DNA from: an uncultured Planctomycetaceae bacterium
GTDB lineage: Bacteria > Planctomycetota > Planctomycetia > Isosphaerales > Isosphaeraceae
DNA: 64,000 nt
Direction: 5' to 3'
Assembly: GCA_963833985.1 (NCBI GenBank)
Contig: CAWIAD010000001.1
Coordinates: forward strand, 3,296,001 to 3,360,000
In this document: positions 30,542 through 40,587 of the stretch, piece by piece
How the letters are laid out: each line of letters starts with the position of its first letter
How positions within the stretch are numbered: the stretch's first letter is position 1
Notes under the pieces: generated by a model
Seen by the model: the letters and a program-made list of their open reading frames with translations, nothing else
The model's database searches: none
What the model was told of the DNA's origin: nothing
Translations under genes and position numbers: made by a program

Positions 30542-31402
30542 ATGCACTTCAGATCGGGTCAAGGTTCGCTGATCGCAGTAGGAACGGGGATTCGCGTTGT
30601 GGGCCAGTTGACCACGGAGGCAATCGCCTGGATGAAGCGCGCGGATCGGCTTCTGTACTCCGTGTCCGACGTGCTCGCAGAGGAGACGATCCGGGAGTTG
30701 AACCCGGCCGGCGCGGAGTCACTGACGGTCTTCTACGCCGAGAACAAGCCGCGCGGGGTCACTTATCAGCAGATGGTGGAGCGAACGCTCCAGTGCGTGC
30801 GCTCGGGGATGCTCACCTGTGTCGCCCTCTATGGGCATCCCGGCGTCTTCGCCTACCCGGTGCACGAGGCGATCCGTCAAGCACGGGTGGAGGGCTACCC
30901 CGCGAGGATGCTGCCGGGAATCTCGTCCGACGCTTGCCTGTTCGCCGACCTGGGCGTTGACCCGGCCACCGCGGGCTGCCAGTCGTACGAGGCGACCGAT
31001 TTCCTGCTCTACGGCCGCACGGTCGACCCCTCCGCCGCGCTCATCCTCTGGCAGGTCGGGACGGTCGGTGACATCCTCTATCACCATGGCGCCTACGACC
31101 GCTCCCTGCTGCCGGTCCTGGTCGAACGGCTCTGCCGGTTCTATCCCGCGGACCACGTGTGCACGCTCTACGAGGCGGCCGTCCTGCCCGATGGCGAGCC
31201 CGAGATCCGGAAAGTGCCAATCGGCTTGCTTCACCAGGTGCCCGTCCCCTGGGCAACCACGGTGTATATTCCCCCTGCGCAGGTCCGCGGCCCCGATCTC
31301 GACATCCTGGCGCAGGATCGGGGCGGTTCTGGCCGTCGCGCCGCCGGCCGTGCCGGCAGCGAATGCAGAGCTCATCGAGATGGCCTGAGCGGGACAGTGT
31401 GA
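30542..31402 (+). CDS. Borosin alpha-N-methyltransferase (OphMA/SonM family, tetrapyrrole-methylase fold)
   Basis: GSLIAVGTGI, FYAENKPRGVTYQQM, YGHPGVF, MLPGISSDACLFADLGVDP, GCQSYEATDFLL, LILWQVG, YEAA. A probable extra base at about 31310 suggests the true end is PDLDILRRIG...IEMA* at 31388. Confidence 0.93.
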   Translation: MHFRSGQGSLIAVGTGIRVVGQLTTEAIAWMKRADRLLYSVSDVLAEETIRELNPAGAESLTVFYAENKPRGVTYQQMVERTLQCVRSGMLTCVALYGHPGVFAYPVHEAIRQARVEGYPARMLPGISSDACLFADLGVDPATAGCQSYEATDFLLYGRTVDPSAALILWQVGTVGDILYHHGAYDRSLLPVLVERLCRFYPADHVCTLYEAAVLPDGEPEIRKVPIGLLHQVPVPWATTVYIPPAQVRGPDLDILAQDRGGSGRRAAGRAGSECRAHRDGLSGTV

Positions 31403-31417
31403 CCAGGTCTGACATCG

Positions 31418-32857
31418 ATGCCGGAGGGATTGCCGATGCCCCTGAAACTGGCCCTCGTCATTGGCCCGATCCTCGCGGCCCTGTGCCAGGTCCTCGCGCC
31501 GGCACGCGGCGACCAGCTCCCTTTCACCGTGGAGCTGAAGGAGGTGACGTTCCCGGACGCACCTGCGCTCCAGTCCTTCGCGCTGGCTCAGGATTTCGAA
31601 GGGCCGCTGGCTCTGCCTCGGCGGCCGCACGGCCGGCATGCACGGGCAAAAGAATCAGAACTCCTCGGGGCAGCCCGTCAACTTCACGGACTTTAACGAT
31701 CGCGCCTGGGTGATCGACGTGGCAGATAACAAGGCGACTCCGCGATCGCTCTCGGAGCTGGGCCTTGTCCCGGCTGTGGTGGAGTCGCTGGCGGTCACCG
31801 GGGCAGAGTCGTTGCAGCTCGGAGACAAACTGTACATCGTCGGCGGCTACGGGAACTCCGCCACCTCGAAATACCCCATCACTTTTAGCCGTCTCACTGT
31901 TGTGGATGTAGGCGCTACTGCGGACGCAGTTGTCGGCAGTGCTCTTATCGGCAGCCATATCCGACAGAGCGCCCGGACAAGTATCTCCATGTGGCTGGCG
32001 GCGCGCTCGAGTCTCTGGGCGACTCATTCGTGCTGGCGCTGGGGCAAGCGTTCAACATCCCTTACAAAAAGAGTCTGTCGGGCAAGTATACAAACGAGCT
32101 TCGCCCCTTCCGAGTTGACGATGACGGCACCTCGGTCCAGGTCGTGAAGGGAACTCCGGGCGGCTCATGTGATCCGGAGCTTGGTCGCCGTCATATGAAC
32201 CTGGTTCCGGCGATCCGTGCCGACGGCACGCGCGGTCTGACCGTTTACGGCGGCGTCTTCACGCAACTTGGAGGACCCTGGTACCGGCCGATCGATATCG
32301 ATCGGCAGCAGTCGTCGATTATCCCATCGATGCGGTCGGCAGACTTCCAGCAGCGTCTCTGTCAGTACAGCTGCCCGGCGCTACCGATCCACCAAGCGTC
32401 CGATCAGTCAATGTACACGCTCTTCTTCGGTGGCATCTCCGAGGTTTATTACTCGGCCACGATGCCGGATGGATTCCAGCTCGATACCGGTCTCCCGTTT
32501 GTTGATCATGTCGGGTGCATCGGCCGCACGGCTACGAGTGCGAAGGAATGGCTGGTCTGCAAGGGCGGCTCGGGCTCGCCTGTCCCGCTCAGACTTCCCG
32601 ATCTACTGGGCACGACCGCGCAGTTTGTTCCACTCCATGCGGTGCAGACCACGCTCTATAACGGCGGCGTGCTCGAGCTCGGGAGCTTGACCGGCCAAAC
32701 GCTGGTCGGACATATCTACGGCGGAATTGTCGGCACCACTGTCGCTGGCGGTGCGACCACTGCCAGCAAGCGGATCTTCGAGGTCTATCTCACGGCCGTG
32801 CCCTCGACGGGCCTTCCCGTGGCTTCCGGAATGCGAATCTTCGGTCCACGTCTTTAA
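31418..32857 (+). CDS. Secreted Kelch-like beta-propeller protein, split by two apparent frameshifts (about 31603 and 31972)
   Basis: Signal peptide + ALQSFALAQ (31418 frame), then RWLCLGGRTAGMHG..LYIVGGYG..HIRQ (31638 frame), then YLHVAGGAL..VYGGVF..LFFGGIS..GHIYGGI (31991 frame). The repeated hydrophobic-GG motifs are typical of Kelch blades. Confidence 0.75.
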
Positions 32858-32874
32858 CTCCCTGGGGCCCTGTC

Positions 32875-34884
32875 ATGAGCGTGCTCTCTTATCCCCGCCT
32901 CCATTTCAAGGGGAACTGTATCATCAACCCGGCAACGGGTAATAGCGACGACGTCATGGTCAATATCGATACCGTCAACGCCAGGCTCATGCCGGCCCTG
33001 GCCGATCTTGACGACGCCGCGGCCCGCGCCTGGATGATGTCCGGGACCCAGCAGGTGAACCCGGTCACCGGACAATCCTTCGAGTATTGCCGATCGTCGT
33101 GGAATTACTTCGGGAATATGTCGGTCTCGTTCTCGGATACACGCATCACGTCCGTTGTCAACATCACGGGAGATGTATCCGAGACCGATCCGGTCGTCGG
33201 CAAGCTCTTGAATCTGATTCACTCGCTTCCGTTGAACAACAACGAGACAGACTTTCATGGTGTGATATGCGACCTTGATCCCCTGGGCACCGCGCTCTGC
33301 CAGATCTTCCTGGGCGGGTTCCAGCTCAGCGATTCAACCGACCCGGGGAGCCCCAGGTGGATCTTCGCACAGAACGACGCGCGTGCGTTCGGCCGCTGGG
33401 TCGGCTGGCGCAACGCAAGCAGTTTTCTCGACTCGTGCAGCTTCGCGGGTGCGGGCGCAGTCTGGCAGTTCGCCATCTCCAAGGACAAGCTCACCTTCGA
33501 TAACGCCTTACAGTCACCGGTCCTGGACCAGCTTCAGCAGGCTGCCCAGGGCAACAAGGGCATCGTGGTCCAGTTTTGCTTCTACCAGGTCATCCCCACG
33601 ATCGCCACGAAGGACCTCCTGGGGAATTACTCAATCAGCACTAAGGGAATCGAAAACCCGGCGCAAGGGTTGATGGTGGGGACCATCGGGGTGTGGGAGG
33701 AGGGCGAGCTGATGACCACGCCCAGCGACCGCTTGCTGCTCCGGCCGTCCACCCTGCCGCCTGAAACTGCTGTCAACACGGCCTGCCAGTTCATGGGGCC
33801 GGCCACCGCCCGGGTTCAGCGTGACGTGAAGGTGGTATCGCTGAACCTGATCACCGCGTTCCCCGAAGCGGGCTTTAAACCACCCTATGATAAGGCTGAC
33901 CTCGGAGATATCTATCTTGCGTACATCCCGGATTCCGGAGGCGGCCCCATTCTCCTCGGAGACCCCATAGAATATGACCGGGTCGAATACGATTTGACCG
34001 CGGGCATCGTGGACGTGGAATATCAAGACTCGAGTCTCTTGCCACAGGACCTCCAGGGCGGCGGGCTGCTCCTGTTGGCCTGGCCGGACAGGACGTTGAA
34101 CGTGGTGTACCCGATCCTCACCGAAGAGGACTCGACCATCAGGATCGAGACCGATGACCGCGGGATCTACAGCGATGTCCGCCAGGACGGGAAGCTGTCG
34201 ATCCTCGTCCGCGAGCGCGGCGGTCCACCCCAAAAGCCTGTCGATATCTATCTCTGGGAATACCAGTACGTGCCCTGCTCGGTGACTACATCACAGTCGC
34301 ATGCGCCGACATTGACGCTCGTGGAGGATGGGCCACCGCTCCAGCACCGGCTTGACTATTCAAGGAAGGTCACATTCCCGGCGGGGAGCCGAGATCCGTA
34401 TGAAATCAGGTTTCACACGCTGAGGCCCGGCGCCGTTGCGCTGGTATTCACTCGCGACGGCCAGCCGCTCTCCGGAGACTACCCCTGGGGTACTGCGTCC
34501 TACGCCGGCGTTCGGGTGCTTCCAGACGACGACTTCAGCTCGGTCGACAAGCAGTTACGAATTTCCTGGGATTATATTTATAATGTCATTTTCCGATACT
34601 ACCACCTTGTGTTTCCGGCCATGTCCGGGGTCATCGCTCTGAATGACAGGACGGAAATGGAACAGGCGGCCGATCTCCTGGTGGATTACACGGAGCCGGA
34701 TCGCCGCTACGGTACCACGTACATGCCACCCTCTCGTGACTTATCCACGGGCAAGCGTGCCTTGATCGTGGAATGGGCCAATTCGGTTCCGCCCTCGCAC
34801 AAGAGAAAAGCTCCATCCATCCGGCTCAGAGGCGCGGCACCGCCGACTCCGCCTCCGCCTCCAGCTCCGCCACGAACGCCTTGA
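32875..34884 (+). CDS. VioB/RebD/StaD-like protein lacking the C-terminal ferritin-like domain
   Basis: MSVLSYPRLHFKG..NPATGN versus VioB MSILDFPRIHFRG..NAPTAN; DLDP..QIFLGGF; WQFAISKD; GTIGVWEEGEL..P..RLL; VRVLPDD; FRYYHLVFPAMS; YMPPSRDLS..KRAL versus VioB YMPSTRELS..KARL. The ORF stops after a Pro-rich tail. VioB sequences are quoted from memory. Confidence 0.8.
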   Translation: MSVLSYPRLHFKGNCIINPATGNSDDVMVNIDTVNARLMPALADLDDAAARAWMMSGTQQVNPVTGQSFEYCRSSWNYFGNMSVSFSDTRITSVVNITGDVSETDPVVGKLLNLIHSLPLNNNETDFHGVICDLDPLGTALCQIFLGGFQLSDSTDPGSPRWIFAQNDARAFGRWVGWRNASSFLDSCSFAGAGAVWQFAISKDKLTFDNALQSPVLDQLQQAAQGNKGIVVQFCFYQVIPTIATKDLLGNYSISTKGIENPAQGLMVGTIGVWEEGELMTTPSDRLLLRPSTLPPETAVNTACQFMGPATARVQRDVKVVSLNLITAFPEAGFKPPYDKADLGDIYLAYIPDSGGGPILLGDPIEYDRVEYDLTAGIVDVEYQDSSLLPQDLQGGGLLLLAWPDRTLNVVYPILTEEDSTIRIETDDRGIYSDVRQDGKLSILVRERGGPPQKPVDIYLWEYQYVPCSVTTSQSHAPTLTLVEDGPPLQHRLDYSRKVTFPAGSRDPYEIRFHTLRPGAVALVFTRDGQPLSGDYPWGTASYAGVRVLPDDDFSSVDKQLRISWDYIYNVIFRYYHLVFPAMSGVIALNDRTEMEQAADLLVDYTEPDRRYGTTYMPPSRDLSTGKRALIVEWANSVPPSHKRKAPSIRLRGAAPPTPPPPPAPPRTP

Positions 34885-37686
34885 AGTCCTCGCGGCCGCG
34901 GAGCGGAGCCAGGTCGGGGTCATTGGATTTCAAGCCCAGGAACTGGAACGGCTGGCGAAAGAGCCCGGTAGTGCGGGTCTCGCGCAGCAACTGCATGGCA
35001 CGGTCCAGGTAGCTCTTCGCGCGGCGGGCTTGGTCCGCCACCGCCAGGTTGCCGTCGCGGCGCGCGGCCTCGGCGGAGACGCAACAACAGCAGGCTGCGT
35101 ACAGCAGTGCCATGCCGGAGCGCGACGAGGCCGCAAGGATCTCTTCGGTCGCCTCGATGGCGTACTGGTGCTTGCCGAGCTGTGCCTGATAGATCATGTA
35201 AAGGATCTCGATCAGGCAACGATTCTCCACGAAGAGAGCCACGTCGGGGTGCTCGCGCGCAGCCGCTCGCTGATCTGGCGGATCTTCGTGTGTAGCACGG
35301 GGACCTTGCCCGATTTCCGTGCGTTCGAGTAGACCGCGGCAATGAGCATGCACGAATCAACCAGGCTCGCCTGGTACTCGATGTCCGTGCCGTGCTCGAC
35401 CGCCAGCTTCTCCCGCACCTTCAGCACCTGGTCAAAGAGTTGCTCCGCCTGGGTCAGATCGCCGGAAAAACCCTGGACTGCTCCGCGCAGCAGCAGCGCC
35501 TCGGCCTGCTCGTTCAGGTAGACCGGGTCTTCCGGACTGCTCTCCAGCAGGTACCGGCATTGCCTCAGGCTCTCGCCCAGCACCTGCTCGCTGGCCCCCG
35601 GATCGCGTAGAACCAGGCCGAGAAGCCGGGCCAGATGGTTGAGCGTGGTAGCGGCCTGCAAGCGATGCTTCGGAACATGCTCGTGTTCCCGGAGGATCCC
35701 CTTCAGCAGGTCGATGGCCCGCTGGTAAGCGGCCCTGGCCTCGGCGGGCTGGCTGAGGGCCTTGTAATTGCTGCCCAGGCAATCGAGCGCTCGGGCCAGC
35801 TCGCCCCTGTACTCAAGATGCGCCGGGTAACTTTGCGCGAGTTGTTCGAAGATGCTACAGGCCTGCTGCGAGAGTGGGACCGCCGCTCCGGGCTGCCCCA
35901 GCTCCTGGTTGAACCTGGCGAGCCGGACGCAGAACCTGCCGCGCTCCGTCTCGACGCGCGGCTCGTGGTTTTCCTGCCGGGCGAAGATGTCGTAGAAGTC
36001 CTTGCCAAGCTGGAGAAGTTCCTGACGTTTGCGCTCCAGCCCGCGCGACTTGAGGGCGGGGTCGTCGACGATCGTGCCGTAGAGCTGATCGACGGCGGCC
36101 ATCGCGAGCTGCAAGTTGTTCCTGGCGCGCTCGTGCGCCGCGGTCTCGCGGATGGCTGACAGCTTGAGAAAGACCGTTGCTGCCGAGAGGACCATGGTCG
36201 CCACCAGCAAGCTGGCCAGGCAGGCCGTGGCCAGGGTGCGATGCCGGCTGGTCCAGCGCCTGGCCCTGGCGGTCCAGTGCTCCGGGTATGCGGAGACGGG
36301 CTCGTCCGCGAGGTACCTGCGCACGTCGTCGGCCAGGTCCGCCGCGTGGATGTAGCGGTCTTGCGGCGTCTTCGCCAGGCACTTCAGGCAAACCGCCTCG
36401 AGCGCCGGTGGTACTTCGCGGACCAGCTTCCGGGGCGGCTGGGGCAGCTCCTCCACCACCTGCCTGAGGACCTCGTTGACGCTTCCCCGGAACGGTGGCT
36501 CGCCGGTGAGGATCTCGTACAGGATGGCGCCCAGACCGTAGATATCGCTCCGTTCATCGACCAGGTCGGTCCGGCCCAGCGCCTGCTCGGGCGACATGTA
36601 GCAGGGCGTGCCCAGCAACTCGCCCGGTACGGTATCGGCCGAAGCGTCGGGGAATCGTTGGACGGCTGCCACCGGACTGTCCTGCGGTTCAGCCGCTGTG
36701 TGGTCGTGTTCCGCCGGCGATTCCTGGGCCTGCTCGACGATCCGCGCCAGGCCCCAGTCGAGCACCACAACCTCCCCAAAATCGCCCAGCACCACATTCT
36801 GGCCCTTGATGTCGCGGTGGATCACCCCGCGGCTGTGGGCGTAGGCGATCACCTGGCAGACGCTCTGGAATGCACCCAGCAGTTCGCGAAGCTGGATCGA
36901 GGGCTCCGTGCCGCCGGTGCGCTGGCGGTGATACTCGCGGGCAGACTCGGTCAGCGTCCGTCCGCTGATGAACCGCATGGTGTAAAAGGGCGCTTTGCCG
37001 TCGCCGCCGGGCTCAAGCTCGTACACCGGTGCGATGCCGGGATGGTGCAGCCGCCCAGTGACCCGTGCCTCTCTGAGGAATCGCGCCTGGGCAACGGGAC
37101 TCAGCGAAGTGAGGGGCCGCAAACGCTTCAGCGCGATCTCGCGCCCGAGGTGGTGGTCATAGGCGAGCCAGACCTGTCCGATGCCGCCCTGAGCATGAAT
37201 GCGGTCCAGCGTATATCGCCCGCCAGGGAAGACGCGTTGAGCCCGAGATGAAGCGGGCACACCATCGGCTCCGTGGTCGTCGCGTGGATCCTCCGGCGCC
37301 GGCGACGCCGACACAGTGTCCGTGCCCGCATCGGCCGCAGACGCTTCGCTGGGCCACCATGGCGCCGGGCACTCCGCCGGCAGCGATCTTGCCATCACCA
37401 GTTCGCGAAAAGCCGATTCGACCAGCGTGTGCTGGTCGGGAAAGCGGCTCAGGTAGTCCTGGGGGGTCGGCTCCTCCCCGCGGGTCCGGCGCAGCTCGAT
37501 CTCCAGCCCGATGAGCCGGTAGAGCACGGCGGCTCGATCCTCCGCGCTAGCCTCGCTCAGATACTCTTCAATGGGACGGGGAGCCTGGCGCCGCCAGTCG
37601 GCCTCGAACTGATCGCACACCTTGATGGCTCTCTGGAGCAGCGAGAGCGACACCGAGGCGGGTGCGGTCTTCTCGGCCTGGGTCAT
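34826..37686 (-). CDS. Ser/Thr protein kinase with a transmembrane helix and TPR-like C-terminus (apparent frameshift at about 35260)
   Basis: CDQFEADW N-terminal planctomycete motif; AQGGIG, IALK, HRDIKGQN, DWGLA, GTPCYMSPEQ. After QISERL it continues AREHPDVALF...DPDLAPLRGREDF in ORF 34826..35353. The ATG overlaps the ECF stop codon (ATGA). Confidence 0.9.
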
Positions 37687-38303
37687 GCGCTTTCTCCTGA
37701 GAGCCACTTCTTGCGAATGAACTCAAGCTTGTACGCCACCGTCCGCGGCGAGCACTCCAGCCGCCTGGCGATCTCGTCCTTCGTGTACCCTTCAAGCCGC
37801 CAGATCGCGATCTGGCGGATCGCGTCGTCCCCAAGCACCTCGAGCAGCCGGTCGAATTGCTCGGCGATCATGGCGGCGAACTCGGGCGTGGGATCATGCC
37901 CGATGATCGCGTCCAGACCCTCCTGCCAGCCGGATTCCGACCCCACGAGAGCCGATTCGGTGAGCACACGACCGGCACCGCGCTTCTGGCGGCCCTGCCG
38001 GACGCGCTGGTCCGCCACTTTCCGCGCGGTGATCACGACCAGCAGCCGCCAGAGATCGTCACGATCCTTCAGCAGGGGAAAACGACCCTGAGCGGCCCCC
38101 CGGCAGAAGCTGTCGAACGCGCTGAGTGCCGCGTCTTCTTCATCGGCCTCGGCGCTCCGCCTGGGGGAACTGATCAGCCTTGCGTGCGCCAGGCGCACCA
38201 GTCGAGCGAAGTAGCGCTCCCAGAGTTTCTGCGATGCCTCCTGGTCCCCCTCCTTGAGCAGCGAGATCCATGAAGTCACTGAACCCGACTCGTCTTCTGC
38301 CAT
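37683..38303 (-). CDS. ECF-type RNA polymerase sigma factor (planctomycete Sigma70_ECF type, kinase-associated)
   Basis: SVTSWI..LKEGDQEA..LWERYFARLVRLA, DEEDAALSAFDSF, DRDDLWRLLVVIT.RK, QKRG, LEGYTKDEIARRLECSPRTV. Confidence 0.92.
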   Translation of the reverse strand: MAEDESGSVTSWISLLKEGDQEASQKLWERYFARLVRLAHARLISSPRRSAEADEEDAALSAFDSFCRGAAQGRFPLLKDRDDLWRLLVVITARKVADQRVRQGRQKRGAGRVLTESALVGSESGWQEGLDAIIGHDPTPEFAAMIAEQFDRLLEVLGDDAIRQIAIWRLEGYTKDEIARRLECSPRTVAYKLEFIRKKWLSGESA

Positions 38304-38675
38304 CAGAACACCCTTGAGGTTCAGTCTTTGAGGAGACCGGTCGCCATCTGCGACGCGGACGTCCTTCAAACCGGTTATTCACTTCATGAATGGCGTGGCA
38401 TGCTGTCATCCCACGTGTCTCCGACCACGCACAGCAGTCTGCATGGTGCTTTATTCTAGCTCTGTTGTGTTGCGAGTGACACGGACAAAAGTCAAGTCGT
38501 GCGAGGCAAACACGAAGAGGCGGGATCCGACGTCAGTGGCGAGGCACCTGGCGGAGTTCGAAGTCTTGAAAACAAGCGGCTCGCGGCATACTCTGAAGCC
38601 CTGTCGATCCGAAGTCAGCAGGGTCTCCCCTGCGGAAGCTTCGGTCGATGCACGCCCCACAGGAGCCAGATCATC

Positions 38676-38999
38676 ATGCCGACTGTGACTGTTGATGGTG
38701 AAAAATCATTCGAGGTCGATCCGAACAAGAAACTGGTCCTCGCCATCGAGGACGCCGGCATCGATATCATGCACCGCTGTGGCGGGAACGCGAAGTGCAC
38801 GACGTGCCGCGTCGAGATCCTGGGCGGCAATGTGGAGCCTGCGACCGGACTCGAGGAGGCCCGGCTGGCTCGCGAAGGCGAGATCGCACCGAATATCCGC
38901 CTGTCGTGCCAGATCCGGGTTCAATCCGACCTCTGGGTGGCCGTCATCAATCGATCTTCCGTTCAGGGCATACCCCCGGGAAACCGGCCCCAGGATTGA
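38676..38999 (+). CDS. 2Fe-2S ferredoxin
   Basis: CGGNAKCTTC and RLSCQ. Confidence 0.92.
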   Translation: MPTVTVDGEKSFEVDPNKKLVLAIEDAGIDIMHRCGGNAKCTTCRVEILGGNVEPATGLEEARLAREGEIAPNIRLSCQIRVQSDLWVAVINRSSVQGIPPGNRPQD

Positions 39000-39110
39000 T
39001 GTGAGCGAGATCGACAACCGCCAGCAGCCCGCAGGGCCCGATCGAGGATCAGGGCCGTGCGGGCTGCCGGTCGTGCTGACGCGGCTTGCGTCGCCGCGGC
39101 CTGGGGGATC

Positions 39111-40307
39111 TCAGAGGTTGTTGGATCCGAGCACGGTGAGCGCCGCGATTGGCTGGCCGTTCGGGAAGGTGCCCGTGGGTCCGATATAGCGCGGAACCAC
39201 GATGCGGCTGGAGCCATTGATGCTGCCAAGAACGACGATCGGCTGGTCAACGCCCCGGCCGATGGCGAACACGCTGCCGGCGCCGATGTTCAGGTTACCC
39301 TGGATGTAGGCGCCCACCGACGGATAGACGATGTTGGTAGTCGTACCCACGATCGCCTGATTGAGCGTCAGCACGTTGCTGCCCGTGCCAGTTCCCTTGG
39401 GCGGCTGGAGCGTGGCGGCGATGTCCCGGCCCACCAGGATCTGCGACCCGTTTGTCAGGGTGATGCTCTGTCCCACGTTGAGCAGGTTCAAGTCCTGGCC
39501 GATCGTGATCCTCGTGCCCGTATTCAGCGTGATGCCCTGAAGTATGTCGAGCGTGTTCAGCGTGCCCCCCACCTGGATCGACCCACCGGGTCCAATCGAG
39601 TTGAACGCGATGCGATCGACGGTCTGGGTACCGCCAATGACGAGAGGCCCAACCAGGTTCGTCGTGTGGAAGCCCTCCACCGCGCCGATCGCGCCGCTGC
39701 TGACTGTGATCTGGCCGACGTTCAGGATGTGCGTGACTCCGGCCTGCCCGTACGCGAAACTGTGTGCGTAGTTTTTGCGGATCGGGTGTGGCAGGGGATT
39801 GATGGTAAGCTCGGTGTTGGACGTCGAACCGTCGACGATGATCCCCACCTGCCCGTTCGGCATGGCGTAAACCCGCAGGACGCCTTGCGGCTGGGGATAC
39901 TCCGAGGGCTGGAGGTTGGAGGCCGTCGAGGTGCTGGTTTGGGTGTAGGTTCCTCCGGCACCGTCACCGGCGGCCGTCGCAATGGTGTTGCCAATGTAGC
40001 CGAGCTGGAGGCGGAAGTACGAACCATCCGGCGCGATGACGTCAGCCGACTGGCCACCGCGTGCTGTCTGCACCACGGCGGCGGGAATCATGCGGAAGCC
40101 GCGCTGAAAATTTGGTGCGTTCTGGAGGAACCGCGGATTGTTCGCCCTGTAGGCCAGGCCGACCTTGGGATGGCTGAGCAGCTTGAGGTTCTCGGAGAGA
40201 TACTGGTGGACCGTCTGGGAAAGCAGCACACGATCCTCCAGCGTGCCGTCGAGCACTGGCCTGAAAGCGCGCAGTCCTGCCCGGCGTTTCGTGCGAGAGT
40301 CCGACAT
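39111..40307 (-). CDS. Planctomycete extracellular protein with beta-helix-like repeats
   Basis: RPVLDGTLEDRVLLS N-terminal motif; repeated I.VGG.LN.L.I...ITL units. Confidence 0.8.
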   Translation of the reverse strand: MSDSRTKRRAGLRAFRPVLDGTLEDRVLLSQTVHQYLSENLKLLSHPKVGLAYRANNPRFLQNAPNFQRGFRMIPAAVVQTARGGQSADVIAPDGSYFRLQLGYIGNTIATAAGDGAGGTYTQTSTSTASNLQPSEYPQPQGVLRVYAMPNGQVGIIVDGSTSNTELTINPLPHPIRKNYAHSFAYGQAGVTHILNVGQITVSSGAIGAVEGFHTTNLVGPLVIGGTQTVDRIAFNSIGPGGSIQVGGTLNTLDILQGITLNTGTRITIGQDLNLLNVGQSITLTNGSQILVGRDIAATLQPPKGTGTGSNVLTLNQAIVGTTTNIVYPSVGAYIQGNLNIGAGSVFAIGRGVDQPIVVLGSINGSSRIVVPRYIGPTGTFPNGQPIAALTVLGSNNL

Positions 40308-40587
40308 GACGACGATCCTTCCTGATCGCAGGGAATGTGCGCCTGTCCATCCTCTCCCGGGCGACACGAACGGGCGGGGCGGATCAAAGCCTGACCGGCC
40401 CCGGTCTCGCCGGGATCAAGCGCCTGGAACCTCGTGCGGGCCTGCCGCTGGATTCCGAACTGCTGGAGTTATCGGCCGGCTGAAGAAGCGGCCCACGCCC
40501 AAACAGCGTGGACCCTTCGTTCCATGGTCGGCGGAAAGGGATTGGCGCGGAGCCTGCGATTGTAGCGGTCGTGCTGACCTCTACGGG

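Noticed and set aside
30542..31402. Cobalamin/siroheme tetrapyrrole methylase
   Set aside because: It shares the fold, but YGHPGVF, CLFADLGVDP, GCQSYEAT and LWQVG plus the adjacent SonA-like peptide are borosin-type, and no cob/cys genes are nearby.
32875..34884. Violacein or indolocarbazole biosynthetic cluster
   Set aside because: There are no vioA/C/D/E or rebO/P/C-like genes nearby, and the VioB-like protein lacks its C-terminal domain.
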